64,000 nucleotides of DNA from Octopus vulgaris (Eukaryota): the NCBI GenBank assembly GCA_951406725.2, contig OX597838.1, positions 25,358,001 to 25,422,000 on the forward strand, given 5' to 3'. The notes below the pieces were generated by a model, which saw only the letters and a program-made list of their open reading frames with translations, was not told the origin of the DNA and did no database searches. The position numbers and the translations under genes are program-made. Of this stretch, positions 62,525 through 64,000 are shown in pieces (position 1 is the first letter of the stretch; every line of letters starts with the position of its first letter).

Positions 62525-63440
62525 GAATCATTACTGTCATCACCACTACCATCATCATCACCATTGCCATCACCATTGTCATCACCACTGCCATCATCAT
62601 CATCGCCATCACCATCATCATTGTCATCACCACTGCTACCGTCATCATCATCTCCACTACTCTTCCTGCTACCATCCTAACCACCTATACCACCACCACT
62701 ATAGTTGTCGTCATACGTTAGTCAGCAGGTTTTTTTTTTATATATTTCGTTCAATATATCAATTTTTTTTTCCTTCCATATTTCTTTTTTAATGTGGAAT
62801 TAATGTGATGATAGGATATTGGGGAAGAGAATCGGCTCAGCACCACTTACTACAACAGCAACAACCCAACACTACCACCACCACCACCAGCACCACTGTC
62901 ACTGCCACCAATACTGTGGTTGCTAGCACCGCTATCACCACCACCACCACCACCACCATTACAAATACTGTTGTTAGCAGCATCATCACCACCAACTCTG
63001 TCACTAATACTGTAGATACTAGCACCTTTACTACCACCACCAATACTGTGGTTACTAGCAATACTATCACTGCCACCACCACTACAATTACTGCCACCTA
63101 TACCATCACCATCTTAAATATGACCATTAATACTACCTTCAGTACCACTTCCACCACCAACATCTCTACTACGACTATTATCGTTGGAAACAGACTGATG
63201 TTACCACCACCACCACCACCACCTCTACTACCAATTGCTCCACTGATATGATTGAGTGTTATGATACACCACCACTCACACCAGCTTTTTCTCCAGTGAC
63301 TACAGCAATATCAATATAATATATAATATAATACAATACAGCAACATACCACCACCACCAGCACTACTGGCACCAATACCACAACCACCACCACCACCAC
63401 CGCCACCACCCAGCAGCAACAACAATGGCAGCAACATCAT
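62525..63440. repeat. (CAT)n/(CAC)n low-complexity region
   Basis: Source of the poly-His/poly-Thr pseudo-ORFs. Confidence 0.9.
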
Positions 63441-63683
63441 CAATATGAACAGAGCATAAATGAAATTGTTACTTTCTCACAAACAATTTTTAACCAGTGC
63501 TCAATAGTGCACACATGCAGATATCGCATATCCATACGCATGGCAACATATCGCATGCGAAGCTATTACCCATTATGATAGCATATCTTATGTGAGATTG
63601 ATGCGGCTATTAACCCATACGTAGCTTTTGGTGTGATGATACGCTCTCATATCACATCCCCATACACATACACGTATATATAT

Positions 63684-63721
<38 letters not shown>

Positions 63722-64000
63722 GTGCGTGTGTGTGTGTATACACACACATATATATATAATATATACATGTGTTTGTATGTGTGTGTGCCGCATCATACGC
63801 AACCATCACACATTCACACTCACATCCGCATGGGTGTATCATGCGCTATCGTATGTATCATATGCGTAACCAGCAACTATTGACAGTCACATCCATCACT
63901 TGTGTGTGTGTGTATGTATTTACATGTACTTCTTTTGTCTTTTCTTTTACTTGTTTCAGTCATTTGACTGCGACCATGCTGGAGCACTGCCTTCAGGGGT

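Larger units (their letters stand above)
30648..64000 (+). other. 5' part of the syntaxin-1 intron downstream of exon 2 (>33 kb)
   Basis: GT donor at 30648; no VEEIR-type next exon found by eye before the window end. Confidence 0.7.

Overview
AT-rich, repeat-saturated eukaryotic DNA, almost certainly from a coleoid cephalopod (octopus-type SINEs, and an exon close to squid syntaxin as recalled from memory). The only host coding sequence I can support is one 84-nt, phase-0 exon on the + strand (30564-30647, AVSDDDEAEEVAVQVESGGGFMEEFFEQ), the second coding exon of syntaxin-1. I found no neighbouring exon, so both flanking introns appear to exceed 30 kb. The rest is tRNA-derived SINEs, RTE and CR1 LINE fragments, a rearranged mariner, several MITEs, a Helitron, Penelope-like remnants and simple repeats. 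Nearly all supplied ORFs are simple-repeat or transposon artefacts. Best leads: (1) a textbook recursive-splicing motif (branch point, polypyrimidine tract, TAG|GTAAGT) about 28 kb into the downstream intron, followed by a frame-preserving 111-nt candidate RS-exon; (2) a colinear exon-intron fold-back that places an exonic A opposite a C (candidate A-to-I recoding site), with an inverted-repeat hairpin just upstream; (3) several hammerhead-ribozyme motifs in Penelope-like remnants, including a 116-bp-arm near-perfect palindrome centred on the hammerhead core. All calls were made by eye; repeat boundaries are approximate.
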